Virus record (IMG/VR): IMGVR_UViG_3300033696_000009
Location: 1-49,451 of that record
DNA length: 49,451 nucleotides
Source of the DNA: a virus
Reading direction: 5' to 3' (one strand)
Of the stretch, positions 22,454 to 30,663 are shown piece by piece; the stretch's first letter is position 1, and every line of letters starts with the position of its first letter. The position numbers and the translations under genes are program-made. Under the pieces are notes generated by a model. It searched no databases and was not told where the DNA came from. It saw only the letters and a list, made by a program, of their open reading frames with translations.

Positions 22454-22674
22454 AGCAATTCCTAACGTGCAACAAGACAGGCAAGCTTTCAATGATGAGG
22501 CTTGGCTTTCTTATATCAATGTTTATCGGATCGGTGGTTAGCTTGTGTGGAGCATTGGCCATGTTCTTTGGGCTTAACTATGCTGACACGGCAATGACTA
22601 CTGGTGCAATGTTAATCGGCTCGGGAGGCTTCGCTAAGGCGGTGCAAAGTAAATATGAATCCACTACTGATTAA
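22450..22674 (+). CDS. holin (74 aa, two TM segments)
   Basis: Two hydrophobic helices and a charged C-terminus. ATGA overlap with the endolysin gene. It lies directly upstream of the spanins. Confidence 0.6.
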   Translation: MKQFLTCNKTGKLSMMRLGFLISMFIGSVVSLCGALAMFFGLNYADTAMTTGAMLIGSGGFAKAVQSKYESTTD

Positions 22675-23140
22675 ATACTCTATTGCTGCGGCTGGTGTAG
22701 CTGTGTTCGGCTGGCTATGTTACGACTACGGCCATGATTCAGTTATGTCTGACTGGCAAATTGAACGCGCTGAAATGGCCAATGCAACATCGATAGCAAT
22801 AATTAAGCTAAGAGATAGGCAGGAGGCCATCCAGGCAGAGCTAAAGGATAAGGAATCCAAGTCATGGGAGTTGTATCAAAATGCTGATAAAGAGTCGATT
22901 AGGCTTAACGATGAGCTTGTTAACCGTCCTTGGAGGCTGCGCGTCATCACCAAGCCCACTGATTGTGGAGTGCCCAAAGGTAATTCCACCTCCAGCATGG
23001 GCAATGGAGGTCAACACGAAGTCGAGTTACCAATCGAGACTACAAGAAACGTTATCGCAATTGGTCGAGACGCAGACAGGTGCGAAGCAAAATTAAGCGC
23101 TCTACAGGAGTATGTGAAAGTAATCCTTGACGCAAAATAA
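22655..23140 (+). CDS. Rz: i-spanin (Rz-like)
   Basis: N-terminal TM, a coiled-coil periplasmic domain, and an embedded +1-frame lipoprotein gene. Confidence 0.8.
   Translation: MNPLLIKYSIAAAGVAVFGWLCYDYGHDSVMSDWQIERAEMANATSIAIIKLRDRQEAIQAELKDKESKSWELYQNADKESIRLNDELVNRPWRLRVITKPTDCGVPKGNSTSSMGNGGQHEVELPIETTRNVIAIGRDADRCEAKLSALQEYVKVILDAK
22881..23096 (+). CDS. Rz1: o-spanin (Rz1-like lipoprotein) embedded in Rz
   Basis: MLIKSRLGLTMSLLTVLGGC has the lipobox LGGC. The mature part is Pro-rich (SSPSPLIVECPKVIPPPAW) and lies entirely inside the Rz ORF. Confidence 0.8.
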   Translation: MLIKSRLGLTMSLLTVLGGCASSPSPLIVECPKVIPPPAWAMEVNTKSSYQSRLQETLSQLVETQTGAKQN

Positions 23141-23210
23141 TTAATTGATGTATATTTTTCCTATCCATCACGCGGCAACTGCGCAAGTTGCACTCCATCA
23201 CTCACTATTC

Positions 23211-23235
23211 GCCCCGATATTTGGGGCATTTTTTT
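23211..23235 (+). terminator. intrinsic terminator
   Basis: GCCCC-gatattt-GGGGC, then A, then TTTTTTT. Confidence 0.8.
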
Positions 23236-23256
23236 GCCTGTAATTCGATAATCATG

Positions 23257-23285
23257 TTGACATGGTTAAATCATGTAGATACTAT
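23257..23285 (+). promoter_or_regulatory. sigma70-like promoter
   Basis: TTGACA, 17 nt, TACTAT. Confidence 0.6.
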
Positions 23286-23315
23286 CATCAAACAATTAAT
23301 TGATGGAGTTATAAA

Positions 23316-24002
23316 ATGAAAACAGTAGGAGAGCTTAAGAAAGCGGGTGCGGTGTTTATTGTTGGTGATTGCGCCACATATAAAGGTTCTGGTAATGATC
23401 GCATTGAGATGAACGAGCTTGGTATTGAACATATGAATCAGGGGTTCAATGGTGATTGGTTAGCAGTTGAATTCGCTTGGCGCACAAACACAGGTGAGAG
23501 GCCTAGTTTTGATGGGTTGATTGAGGCTGAGTGGAGTGATGGAGATAAAGAGATGGTCTACGCCGATCAAGTGGCAAACTGGGGTGTAAATCTTGAGGTT
23601 GACTCGTTTGTAACTGCGTGGCGACCATCGCTAAATCAAGGTAAGAAAGTTGAGCCAAAAAAGGTTAGCAAACCAACCTACACCAAAGCTATGGCTGATG
23701 CTGGTGAGCTTCCGCCTGTTGGTGTAAGGGTAATGATCGACTCAAACGGAATAAAGCTTGAAGGCTACAGGGTTTATGGTGGCGTTGTTTGCATTGGAAG
23801 TAAGCAGTGTGGGTTTACGTCAGATAATGATTTGGGTGATGTTATTTACTCACCAATCCAAACAGGGCGCGAAAAGCTACACAGAAAGATTCACGAAACG
23901 ATGACTGATGGTACGGATAAGTTTATGAAGTTTGATGACTTGCCGCAGTACGCGATTGATTCATATGATTCTTTAATTAACACGTTTGGACTACTAAAAT
24001 GA
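23316..24002 (+). CDS. hypothetical protein, paralogue family C (partner 33848..34645)
   Basis: Shares MKTVGELKKAG / MKTVGDYKKAG, EFAWRTNTGE(R/K)PSFDGLIE, WRPSLNQG and KPTYTKAM..AGE with the minus-strand gene. Confidence 0.65.
   Translation: MKTVGELKKAGAVFIVGDCATYKGSGNDRIEMNELGIEHMNQGFNGDWLAVEFAWRTNTGERPSFDGLIEAEWSDGDKEMVYADQVANWGVNLEVDSFVTAWRPSLNQGKKVEPKKVSKPTYTKAMADAGELPPVGVRVMIDSNGIKLEGYRVYGGVVCIGSKQCGFTSDNDLGDVIYSPIQTGREKLHRKIHETMTDGTDKFMKFDDLPQYAIDSYDSLINTFGLLK
23469..23525. repeat. 57-nt patch matching the reverse complement of 34421..34477 at 55 of 57 bases
   Basis: GAATTCGCTTGGCGCACAAA(C/T)ACAGGTGAGA(G/A)GCCTAGTTTTGATGGGTTGATTGAG, compared by hand. A further identical 24-mer occurs at 23619..23642 and 34322..34345. 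Confidence 0.85.
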
Positions 24003-24292
24003 AAGCAATAATACTAGCAATGGCTTTACTCTCAACATCGGCGCTAGCTACAGTTGAGCAGGACAAGATCGAGGATTGCAAAGGCTTGGTTAATTTAGTT
24101 GGGGTTGTAGCTGAGTCTCACCAAGAAGGAATAACGCTAGATCAGATACTGAGCTTGGGGGTTGACGAATCACTCAACCCGTTAATAATATCGATATACA
24201 CGCTAAATACTCGGTACTCATCTGATGCGATGCGTGAAGAAGTGGTTAAGGACACCAAGAATATGGCAATGATAACCTGCCTAGGTGAGTAG
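23999..24292 (+). CDS. secreted/periplasmic small protein (97 aa)
   Basis: MKAIILAMALLSTSALA-TV has a Sec-type signal peptide. Confidence 0.6.
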   Translation: MKAIILAMALLSTSALATVEQDKIEDCKGLVNLVGVVAESHQEGITLDQILSLGVDESLNPLIISIYTLNTRYSSDAMREEVVKDTKNMAMITCLGE

Positions 24293-24333
24293 AGATTTAG
24301 TTAAATTAATTATCAAATAACTGATAAAAACAA

Positions 24334-24357
24334 AGCCCTCACTTAAGAGGGCTTTTT
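24334..24357 (+). terminator. intrinsic terminator
   Basis: AGCCCTC-acttaa-GAGGGCT followed by TTTT. Confidence 0.85.
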
Positions 24358-24436
24358 AACACCCAAAATACCACCCGAATACTTTCCCATCATATTGCAG
24401 TATAATTCCAAGTAGTAATTACTAGGAGATACAAGC

Positions 24437-25723
24437 ATGCAAACAGTTTTCATTAACTCAACTATTACCAAGTCGCAGGTAAAAACAACAGATGATGGTT
24501 GGCTTGTGACAGGTTTCCCCGTGACAATTGACGATGAAGTCATGAACGGGCTGACATACTCAGCAACTCATAACGCAGAGGGTATGCCTACGATCATCAA
24601 CAAGCCTATAACTTGGAATCACCCGTCAAAAAACGGCTACCCAATCAGCGTAAATGATGAGCGGAGAAAGTGGTATATCGGTGGAGACATCATAAAGCAC
24701 TACAACGTCAATGGTGTTAACAAGGTTGATATCGATATTAGTCGCAGCATGCTACTGGCTAACAAGGTCAAGACGCCCGACGGTGAGACTTACGGCGAGT
24801 ACTATGCAAACCGACTGGATAGCGGATTGTCGATTGGCGGCTCTACTGGGCTAAATCTTGTCCCTCTTGATAATGGCGGAGGAGTGGTTTTTGCCACTCA
24901 CCAAGAGTATGACCATTTCTCTTTTCTGCATCACACAATTAAACCTGCTGGCGGGAATGGCACGACAGCATACTTCAACGCTGACTCTGGCGTTATGGTT
25001 ATCAACATGGATGACGAGCTTAAATCTAAACGAGCGCGTGAGATTGAGCGTGAAGAAGACAAGCTTGACGCTGAAGAGGATAAGCTGGAAGACGCTCAAG
25101 AGGCTAGCGCACTAAAGAAACTAGTTAAATCACTCAAGGGTAACGCCCTAGCACGAGCTATAAACGCTTTGTTTGGTGATAGCGAAAAGACGGGTTACAA
25201 TATCAATGGAACTACTTTAAACAACTCAGGGGAAGACGAAATGTCTAAAAATTTGATCGCCACCCTTGCATCGATGGGTGTCACGGTTAACGCTGACATG
25301 TCAGAAGAGCAAGTGAAGGCAGAATTGCTAAAGATTAACAAGGGCGAAAAAGAGGCGATCACTCTTGAATCTCTTTCTGGTCAATTGACAGCTATGAACG
25401 CAGAAATGCAGGAGCTAAAGACCAAGAAGAAAATCGAAGACGATAAAGCTGAGGCTGATCGCTTGGGTGGCAAGAAAGAAGGTGCCGCTAAAGAAGATGA
25501 AGATGCTGACATTACCAAGCTTAAAGAAGAGAAGAAGCGCAAGCGTGAAAAGGCGTCTAACTCCCTTGGCTTTTCAGTCTCAGTTGTCAATGCAATGACA
25601 GACGCAGAGTTAGATCGCGCATTAGGTATGCAGGCTGGTATTCACGCCAACGCATCGGGCGGATTTAATGGCGACAAAAAATCAGAGTCAGTATTTGGCA
25701 CTAACTACGAGTGGGGAGCTTAA
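24437..25723 (+). CDS. scaffolding protein (DUF2213-like N-domain plus Lys/Glu-rich coiled coil; possible protease fusion)
   Basis: It sits upstream of the capsid gene. The ITWNHPSKNG...YIGGDI N-domain is followed by a long charged helical C-terminus (EREEDKLDAEEDKLED..., KKKIEDDKAEAD). Confidence 0.6.
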   Translation: MQTVFINSTITKSQVKTTDDGWLVTGFPVTIDDEVMNGLTYSATHNAEGMPTIINKPITWNHPSKNGYPISVNDERRKWYIGGDIIKHYNVNGVNKVDIDISRSMLLANKVKTPDGETYGEYYANRLDSGLSIGGSTGLNLVPLDNGGGVVFATHQEYDHFSFLHHTIKPAGGNGTTAYFNADSGVMVINMDDELKSKRAREIEREEDKLDAEEDKLEDAQEASALKKLVKSLKGNALARAINALFGDSEKTGYNINGTTLNNSGEDEMSKNLIATLASMGVTVNADMSEEQVKAELLKINKGEKEAITLESLSGQLTAMNAEMQELKTKKKIEDDKAEADRLGGKKEGAAKEDEDADITKLKEEKKRKREKASNSLGFSVSVVNAMTDAELDRALGMQAGIHANASGGFNGDKKSESVFGTNYEWGA

Positions 25724-25725
25724 TT

Positions 25726-26133
25726 ATGCCGCGTTACAATCGAATTAACCTTGATGGTTTACAACACATCGCATCGGCTCCATCTGCAGCACAAACATTA
25801 CCAGGTGATTTGGTTAACCTAGTTGGTGGAAAATTCGTAGCAGCTACTGCTGGCCTACTTCGCGCCTACGCAGTTCACACTAGCGACCTATCGACAGATG
25901 TTGAAGATCCAATTCTAATTGGTGGAAACATTAATGGCGACAAGGTCGAGTCAAACCGAACGTTTGCACTTCGACTAGTAGCATCGCAGACAGTTGCTTT
26001 AGATGATGAGCTGTTTATTGTTGAAGGCGGCCTAACTACAACAGGTACAGCAGGCGAAGGGCAGTTTTGGGCTAACGAATCTGTTACTACTGGTGTTGGT
26101 GAAAATTTCTTAATCTCAGTTACCGTCAAGTAA
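25726..26133 (+). CDS. putative head decoration/accessory protein (DUF2190-like)
   Basis: 135 aa, between the scaffold and major capsid genes. PGDLVNLVGGKFVAATAG...AYAV resembles the DUF2190 pattern. Weak. Confidence 0.45.
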   Translation: MPRYNRINLDGLQHIASAPSAAQTLPGDLVNLVGGKFVAATAGLLRAYAVHTSDLSTDVEDPILIGGNINGDKVESNRTFALRLVASQTVALDDELFIVEGGLTTTGTAGEGQFWANESVTTGVGENFLISVTVK

Positions 26134-26143
26134 GGGGCAGATA

Positions 26144-27205
26144 ATGACAATCGTATTTAACAAAGAGTACCTAAATCTAGGTCATAACGCCCAGGCTCAG
26201 GCGCAAGAATGGTTAGGCCGACGCGAATGGTGGATTAATCAAGAGCAGAACCGCGCCAAGTCTTTGCATGATTCTGGTGACTTTGCTACTAACTCTGGCA
26301 TCCCGACTAAAGACTTCTTCCAAGAAGTTGATCGCGTTATCCAGGAAGTACGCTTCAATGATAAGTTTCAGTTCCTTAATGACTTGTCTGGTCTAGCAAC
26401 TCCAATGGACATCGGCAAGCTTTCTTACGTTAACATCACTAGCGGTGACATTAACGATAACACTCAGCGCGGAATGGACTTTGGCCTGTTACAGCAGTTT
26501 GATGACATTAGCTCTGCTACTGACAAAAACCCTGTACCAGTGTTCACTGATGGCGTGGGCATGAACTACCGAAAGTACATGGGCCTACGTTCAGAAGGTG
26601 TTGATTTAATGCTGCAAGCCCTTAAGCTTAAGCGCGTTAAAATGGGCTGGAACATTGGCGACTACATGCTAAACGGTGACGCTAGCATTGTTGCTGACGG
26701 TCAAGTTGGTCAAGGTATCAAGAACCACCGCAACACGTACCAGATTCAACTTGGTGCGGCTGGTGCAAACATCGACCTAACAAGCGCTGCACCTGATGAA
26801 GTGATCGCATTCTTCCAGCAGTTCATGAAGACAGTGTGCAACGCTAACGTGGTAACTAAGATTGACAAGGTGTACGTGTCACCTCAAATAATGATCAACC
26901 TGTTACAGCCGCTATCAAACGCAGCAGGATTCAAAGAAGGCTCACTACTTGATCAAGTTATGCGCTTTGCTCCGCACATTGGCAGTATTGAGCAAGACTT
27001 CGCATTTGAAGATAACGAGTTCATTGGTTATGTTCGTGATAAAGAAATCATTAGCCCATTAGTTGCATTGCCACTAACAAGCTACATGAAGACTCGTCTT
27101 GATCCATACGAGAACTACAACACTTGCTTGGTATCTGCTCAGGGATTGAAGATTACTTCCACCCAGAACGGCAAGAAAGGCGTGTTTTACGCTAGCTCAT
27201 TCTAA
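26144..27205 (+). CDS. major capsid protein (HK97-fold, DUF2184-like)
   Basis: 353 aa, positioned after the scaffold and decoration genes. A strong terminator follows shortly downstream. Confidence 0.75.
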   Translation: MTIVFNKEYLNLGHNAQAQAQEWLGRREWWINQEQNRAKSLHDSGDFATNSGIPTKDFFQEVDRVIQEVRFNDKFQFLNDLSGLATPMDIGKLSYVNITSGDINDNTQRGMDFGLLQQFDDISSATDKNPVPVFTDGVGMNYRKYMGLRSEGVDLMLQALKLKRVKMGWNIGDYMLNGDASIVADGQVGQGIKNHRNTYQIQLGAAGANIDLTSAAPDEVIAFFQQFMKTVCNANVVTKIDKVYVSPQIMINLLQPLSNAAGFKEGSLLDQVMRFAPHIGSIEQDFAFEDNEFIGYVRDKEIISPLVALPLTSYMKTRLDPYENYNTCLVSAQGLKITSTQNGKKGVFYASSF

Positions 27206-27214
27206 GGGGGCTTT

Positions 27215-27361
27215 ATGCCATACGTAATGACTCGGACGGTAGCCAATCTCGAGAAAGGTGTAGAGCTTAAGTATGACAAAGGTGAACTTCCAGACGCGTT
27301 GAAATTTAGCGCTGAATGGGTAGAGCCTAAGCCGAAGCCTAAGAAAGAAAAATCCAAGTAA
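27215..27361 (+). CDS. small basic protein (48 aa)
   Basis: Manual ORF MPYVMTRTVANLEKG...PKPKPKKEKSK with AAGGGGG upstream. Confidence 0.4.
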   Translation: MPYVMTRTVANLEKGVELKYDKGELPDALKFSAEWVEPKPKPKKEKSK

Positions 27362-27377
27362 GCCGAAAAAATAAATC

Positions 27378-27400
27378 AGCCCCTCTTTAGGGGCTTTTTT
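27378..27400 (+). terminator. intrinsic terminator
   Basis: AGCCCC-tcttta-GGGGCT followed by TTTTT. Confidence 0.85.
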
Positions 27401-27418
27401 ATTTGGTGAAAATAATTG

Positions 27419-27447
27419 TTGACTTTAAATACTCCATACATTAAATT
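27419..27447 (+). promoter_or_regulatory. sigma70-like promoter
   Basis: TTGACT, 17 nt, TAAATT. Confidence 0.55.
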
Positions 27448-27517
27448 CAATTGCGAATACACAGCACCTTATCGCCAGTAGAGATATTGGCAACCAAATC
27501 AAATAAACAGGTGTAAC

Positions 27518-28474
27518 ATGGAAAATATAAACATCAAGAAAATCTCCATCATATCTTCAATTGCCTTAGCGGCATTTATTTTGGTGATGAACCTATTTAC
27601 TATTGTTTCAGCGGGAACGTCAAAGGTTCAAACAACATTTGGTACTGTAAACCCTAAGCATTTTGGTGAAGGTATCCACTTCCCAGTAAACCCTCTTTCA
27701 GGTTTTGATGTTTTCGACACAAGAAACCAGCGTTACGAGGTTGAAGGGCTAACAATTCCAACGCAAGATCGATTTAACTCAACAGGTAATGTTACCGTGC
27801 TTTATCGAATTGAAGATTCTAGAACTCCATTTATTAAGCAAAGTTATGGTAGCGCTGAAGAGTTCATCGATAAAACAATGCGCCAGCATTTAAGATCGAT
27901 TATTCGCGATGAAGGAAGAAAGATTCAAGATAGTCGAGGTCTAGCACAAAGCGATAACACAACCGCAATGCAGGAGAATACCAGAATTAGATTGCAAGAG
28001 GCGCTTGAAGGTACTGGTATTTCAGTTCAAGAGCTTTTACTTCAAGATATTCAGTTTGATCCTAGAATTGCAGAGCAGATTCTACAAACTCAACAGAGAA
28101 TCCAGAGAGAAGAGGCTGAGTCGTCACAACTTAGAATTATCGCTACACAAGCAAAGCAGGTTGAGACAAGGGCAGCTGGTGAGGCGAAGGCTAAAAACGA
28201 GACTGCAAACGCTGAAGCATACCAAATTGAGGCGAAGGCTAAAGCTGACGCGGCAGCAACACTAGCTAGAGCTAGCGCAGAAAGGGACGCTATGTTTGCG
28301 ATTGCAGAAGGCAACCTAAAGCTTACACAGTCTCTAACTACAGCTATTTTGGAAGATAAACGCATTGCTAACGAGGCTATACTTTTCAGTAAGTCTCAAG
28401 GTAACGTTCCAACAACAGTTATCGGGACGGACTCAGGGTTGAAGGCTTACGGCGTACCAATCGCAACCAAGTAA
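27518..28474 (+). CDS. SPFH / band-7 (prohibitin-HflC-like) membrane protein
   Basis: N-terminal TM (ISIISSIALAAFILVMNLFTIV) followed by a band-7 pattern: GTSKVQTTFG...GIHFPVNP...IPTQDRFN..VTVLYRI...GISVQELLLQDIQFDP. The C-terminus is an Ala/Glu/Lys coiled coil. Confidence 0.8.
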   Translation: MENINIKKISIISSIALAAFILVMNLFTIVSAGTSKVQTTFGTVNPKHFGEGIHFPVNPLSGFDVFDTRNQRYEVEGLTIPTQDRFNSTGNVTVLYRIEDSRTPFIKQSYGSAEEFIDKTMRQHLRSIIRDEGRKIQDSRGLAQSDNTTAMQENTRIRLQEALEGTGISVQELLLQDIQFDPRIAEQILQTQQRIQREEAESSQLRIIATQAKQVETRAAGEAKAKNETANAEAYQIEAKAKADAAATLARASAERDAMFAIAEGNLKLTQSLTTAILEDKRIANEAILFSKSQGNVPTTVIGTDSGLKAYGVPIATK

Positions 28475-28495
28475 GAGTTAACAAGAAACAAAACA

Positions 28496-28519
28496 AACCC
28501 TCTTCGTGAGGGTTTTTTA
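28496..28519 (+). terminator. intrinsic terminator
   Basis: AACCCTC-ttcgt-GAGGGTT followed by TTTT. Confidence 0.85.
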
Positions 28520-28530
28520 TTGCCCGATGT

Positions 28531-28558
28531 TTGAGCCTAGTTAAACATGAGTTACAAT
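28531..28558 (+). promoter_or_regulatory. sigma70-like promoter
   Basis: TTGAGC, 16 nt, TACAAT. Confidence 0.5.
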
Positions 28559-28587
28559 AGTGTTATATAAATTGTGAGGGTAATTAA

Positions 28588-28932
28588 ATGCCAGCGTTAA
28601 CAGTCGTAAATATCAAGCAATCTGGAAACACACCAGTTTCAGAAGTGGTACTGGATGGGGCAGATACATTCAGCGTTTCAAAGTCTAATAATGAGAGCCT
28701 TATTCTTAAGAATGGAACGGGCGGAGATTTGACTATAACCATGATTGGTGCAGATGCTCCCGCTACTGTATTCTGTCAAGGGGTTGGTACTGTAACCGTA
28801 TCGCCAGAATCTGTGGCTGTAACTGATGGCGCTTCGGTTTCTGTATACCTATCATCACTACGCGAAAAGCTAGCGGGTGAAGTTACAATCACTGGCGGTA
28901 CAGGTCTAACAGCTCAACTAGTTAGCTACTAA
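28588..28932 (+). CDS. hypothetical structural-type protein (114 aa, beta-rich)
   Basis: Track ORF with GAGGG upstream. Composition is Thr/Val/Gly-rich. Confidence 0.5.
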   Translation: MPALTVVNIKQSGNTPVSEVVLDGADTFSVSKSNNESLILKNGTGGDLTITMIGADAPATVFCQGVGTVTVSPESVAVTDGASVSVYLSSLREKLAGEVTITGGTGLTAQLVSY

Positions 28933-28997
28933 AACAATTACCAAAACAGGATCGCTAGCTTATGGTTAGCGACTCCCTCAAGGAATGAGGTTACAAG

Positions 28998-29336
28998 ATG
29001 GCAAGACGTTATTATATTAGCGGTGAGGTCGCTGACGGCGATTTTTTATCGGAAGATATGTCAGGAAGTTATGACAACACTCAACTAGCTTATATCATCT
29101 TTTATTCTGACGAATTCAGAACGCAAGTAACGCCAACGGGCGGAAACATCTCTTTCACTCTTTCACCTGACGGAATTAACTTTAAGACCGTTGAGCAAGG
29201 TGACTTCTCTGCTGCTGATACTTACAAGCCTGAAAGGTTGCAACCAAGCGCTTACGGCCTAGCAGTAAAAGGCAAGGTTAACTTTCAGGGCGTGACTGGC
29301 GCTACCCACTTCACCGCTTGCGTGTGGAGGTCTTAG
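28998..29336 (+). CDS. hypothetical protein (112 aa)
   Basis: Track ORF with GAGG upstream. Confidence 0.5.
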   Translation: MARRYYISGEVADGDFLSEDMSGSYDNTQLAYIIFYSDEFRTQVTPTGGNISFTLSPDGINFKTVEQGDFSAADTYKPERLQPSAYGLAVKGKVNFQGVTGATHFTACVWRS

Positions 29337-29337
29337 T

Positions 29338-30663
29338 ATGGCTGGATATCCAAATACGGGGAATGGTGGTGGCAGTGGCAGTGGCGCTTCAATAGCTGAA
29401 GACATGTATTTTGCAACAACTGCGGAGCGCGACACTTTCACATCTAACAACCCTGACAGATTAAAGCAAGGTGTTACATGTGCTGTTGAGAATCTAGCAA
29501 CTTACGATTATTTTCAGTGGGATGAAGCGGCTAGCCAGTGGCGAGATGCTAACCTGATATTCCAAGGAAAAAAAGGCGATAAGGGCGATAAAGGCACGGA
29601 TGGCGCCAAAGGAGAAACTGTAAAAATTAGCGCAGTTGCAAACGAAGTCACGGACAGAAAGCTATCAACAACAGTGAGTCTTGATGATGGCACTAGCGCG
29701 ACATCAGAACCCGTTGATCTCCCCGAGGGTGGCATTATCTATGATGGTGTTTTAACGCATGAGGTTGAAGTAACAAACGGGATTAAGGGCGATATAACTA
29801 ATGAGGGTAAGTTGCTTTTAGCTCAAACCATGGCTAGGACTGCGTGGTATTTTGTTGATGTTCCAGTATCATCAGTGCCATATGAAATTAAAACAGCCGA
29901 ACAAATGGGGATTGATTACGAATTTGTTGGCTCTCCTGAACCCCAATCTATCCAGTTATTTCAAGAAGGTTTGGCTGATGGTTCGCAGATTAAAGTGTCA
30001 GTAAATGGTTATAAATCAACAGATAAGCCAGTAAATGTATTCCAAGAAACGCCAACAGGCACTTACAACTGGCACATAACAACACCGACTGTTTTTATGC
30101 TGCATAACTCGTACTGGCGTGTCGAAGAATCAAGCCAGTTAATTCATATAGATGGCTCAACAGTTTATGGCACTAACGCTGCAAAAAGTGTTGTCTATGG
30201 CGTAGCCGCCGATCCGTCCAGTGACATAAAAATGGCAGTTAATGATGAAGGAGTGTTAATCATTAGCAGGGAATACACACCACCGACTGAAACTATAGAT
30301 ATCGCTTTCTGGTGGACTGATAATTCAGAGCCGACTCAAGGCGATATTTTAAACGCTATGTCTCAAACTCAGACTGACAATTTAATCAGTCACACTGACG
30401 ACTTCTTCAAAGATGACATACAGAAGCGATCATTAACTGCTAAACGTGATGAAAGCTCATTCAAGTATGCGTTTTTTGCTTGGCACGCTGGATTTTTTGA
30501 ACCAGAGCCAACCAAAGTTGATACTGGATTCGGTGCACCCTCAACGTGGGTTAATACGGAAGTTTCGGTTGATGGTGAGATTTACAAAGTTATGACTGTT
30601 GAAATAACAAACAACGTCACAGAACTTGAGGATTACGCGTTAGTTCAGGAGGGCATACTATGA
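29338..30663 (+). CDS. fibre-like protein with a short collagen-like segment
   Basis: Gly-rich N-terminus (GNGGGSGSGAS), then GKKGDKGDKGTDGAKGET (six G-X-Y triplets). Confidence 0.6.
   Translation: MAGYPNTGNGGGSGSGASIAEDMYFATTAERDTFTSNNPDRLKQGVTCAVENLATYDYFQWDEAASQWRDANLIFQGKKGDKGDKGTDGAKGETVKISAVANEVTDRKLSTTVSLDDGTSATSEPVDLPEGGIIYDGVLTHEVEVTNGIKGDITNEGKLLLAQTMARTAWYFVDVPVSSVPYEIKTAEQMGIDYEFVGSPEPQSIQLFQEGLADGSQIKVSVNGYKSTDKPVNVFQETPTGTYNWHITTPTVFMLHNSYWRVEESSQLIHIDGSTVYGTNAAKSVVYGVAADPSSDIKMAVNDEGVLIISREYTPPTETIDIAFWWTDNSEPTQGDILNAMSQTQTDNLISHTDDFFKDDIQKRSLTAKRDESSFKYAFFAWHAGFFEPEPTKVDTGFGAPSTWVNTEVSVDGEIYKVMTVEITNNVTELEDYALVQEGIL
29566..29619 (+). repeat. collagen-like G-X-Y x6 coding repeat, containing an A8 homopolymer at 29568..29575
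   Basis: GGA AAA AAA GGC GAT AAG GGC GAT AAA GGC ACG GAT GGC GCC AAA GGA GAA ACT. Confidence 0.8.

Noticed and set aside
22317-22541. ORF spanning the endolysin/holin junction in another frame.
   Set aside because: It overlaps two well-supported genes and has no independent start context.
23164-23206. Direct repeat CCATCAC...CCATCAC flanking a small hairpin GCAACT-gcgca-AGTTGC downstream of the spanin genes. Considered as a possible pac/cos or protein-binding site.
   Set aside because: The repeats are only 7 nt and the stem is 6 bp. I cannot tell them apart from chance or from a simple auxiliary hairpin ahead of the terminator at 23211.
24851-25590. ORFs 24851..25099(-), 24858..25115(+) and 25381..25590(-) inside the scaffold gene.
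   Set aside because: They are off-frame or antisense readings of a charged repetitive coding region.
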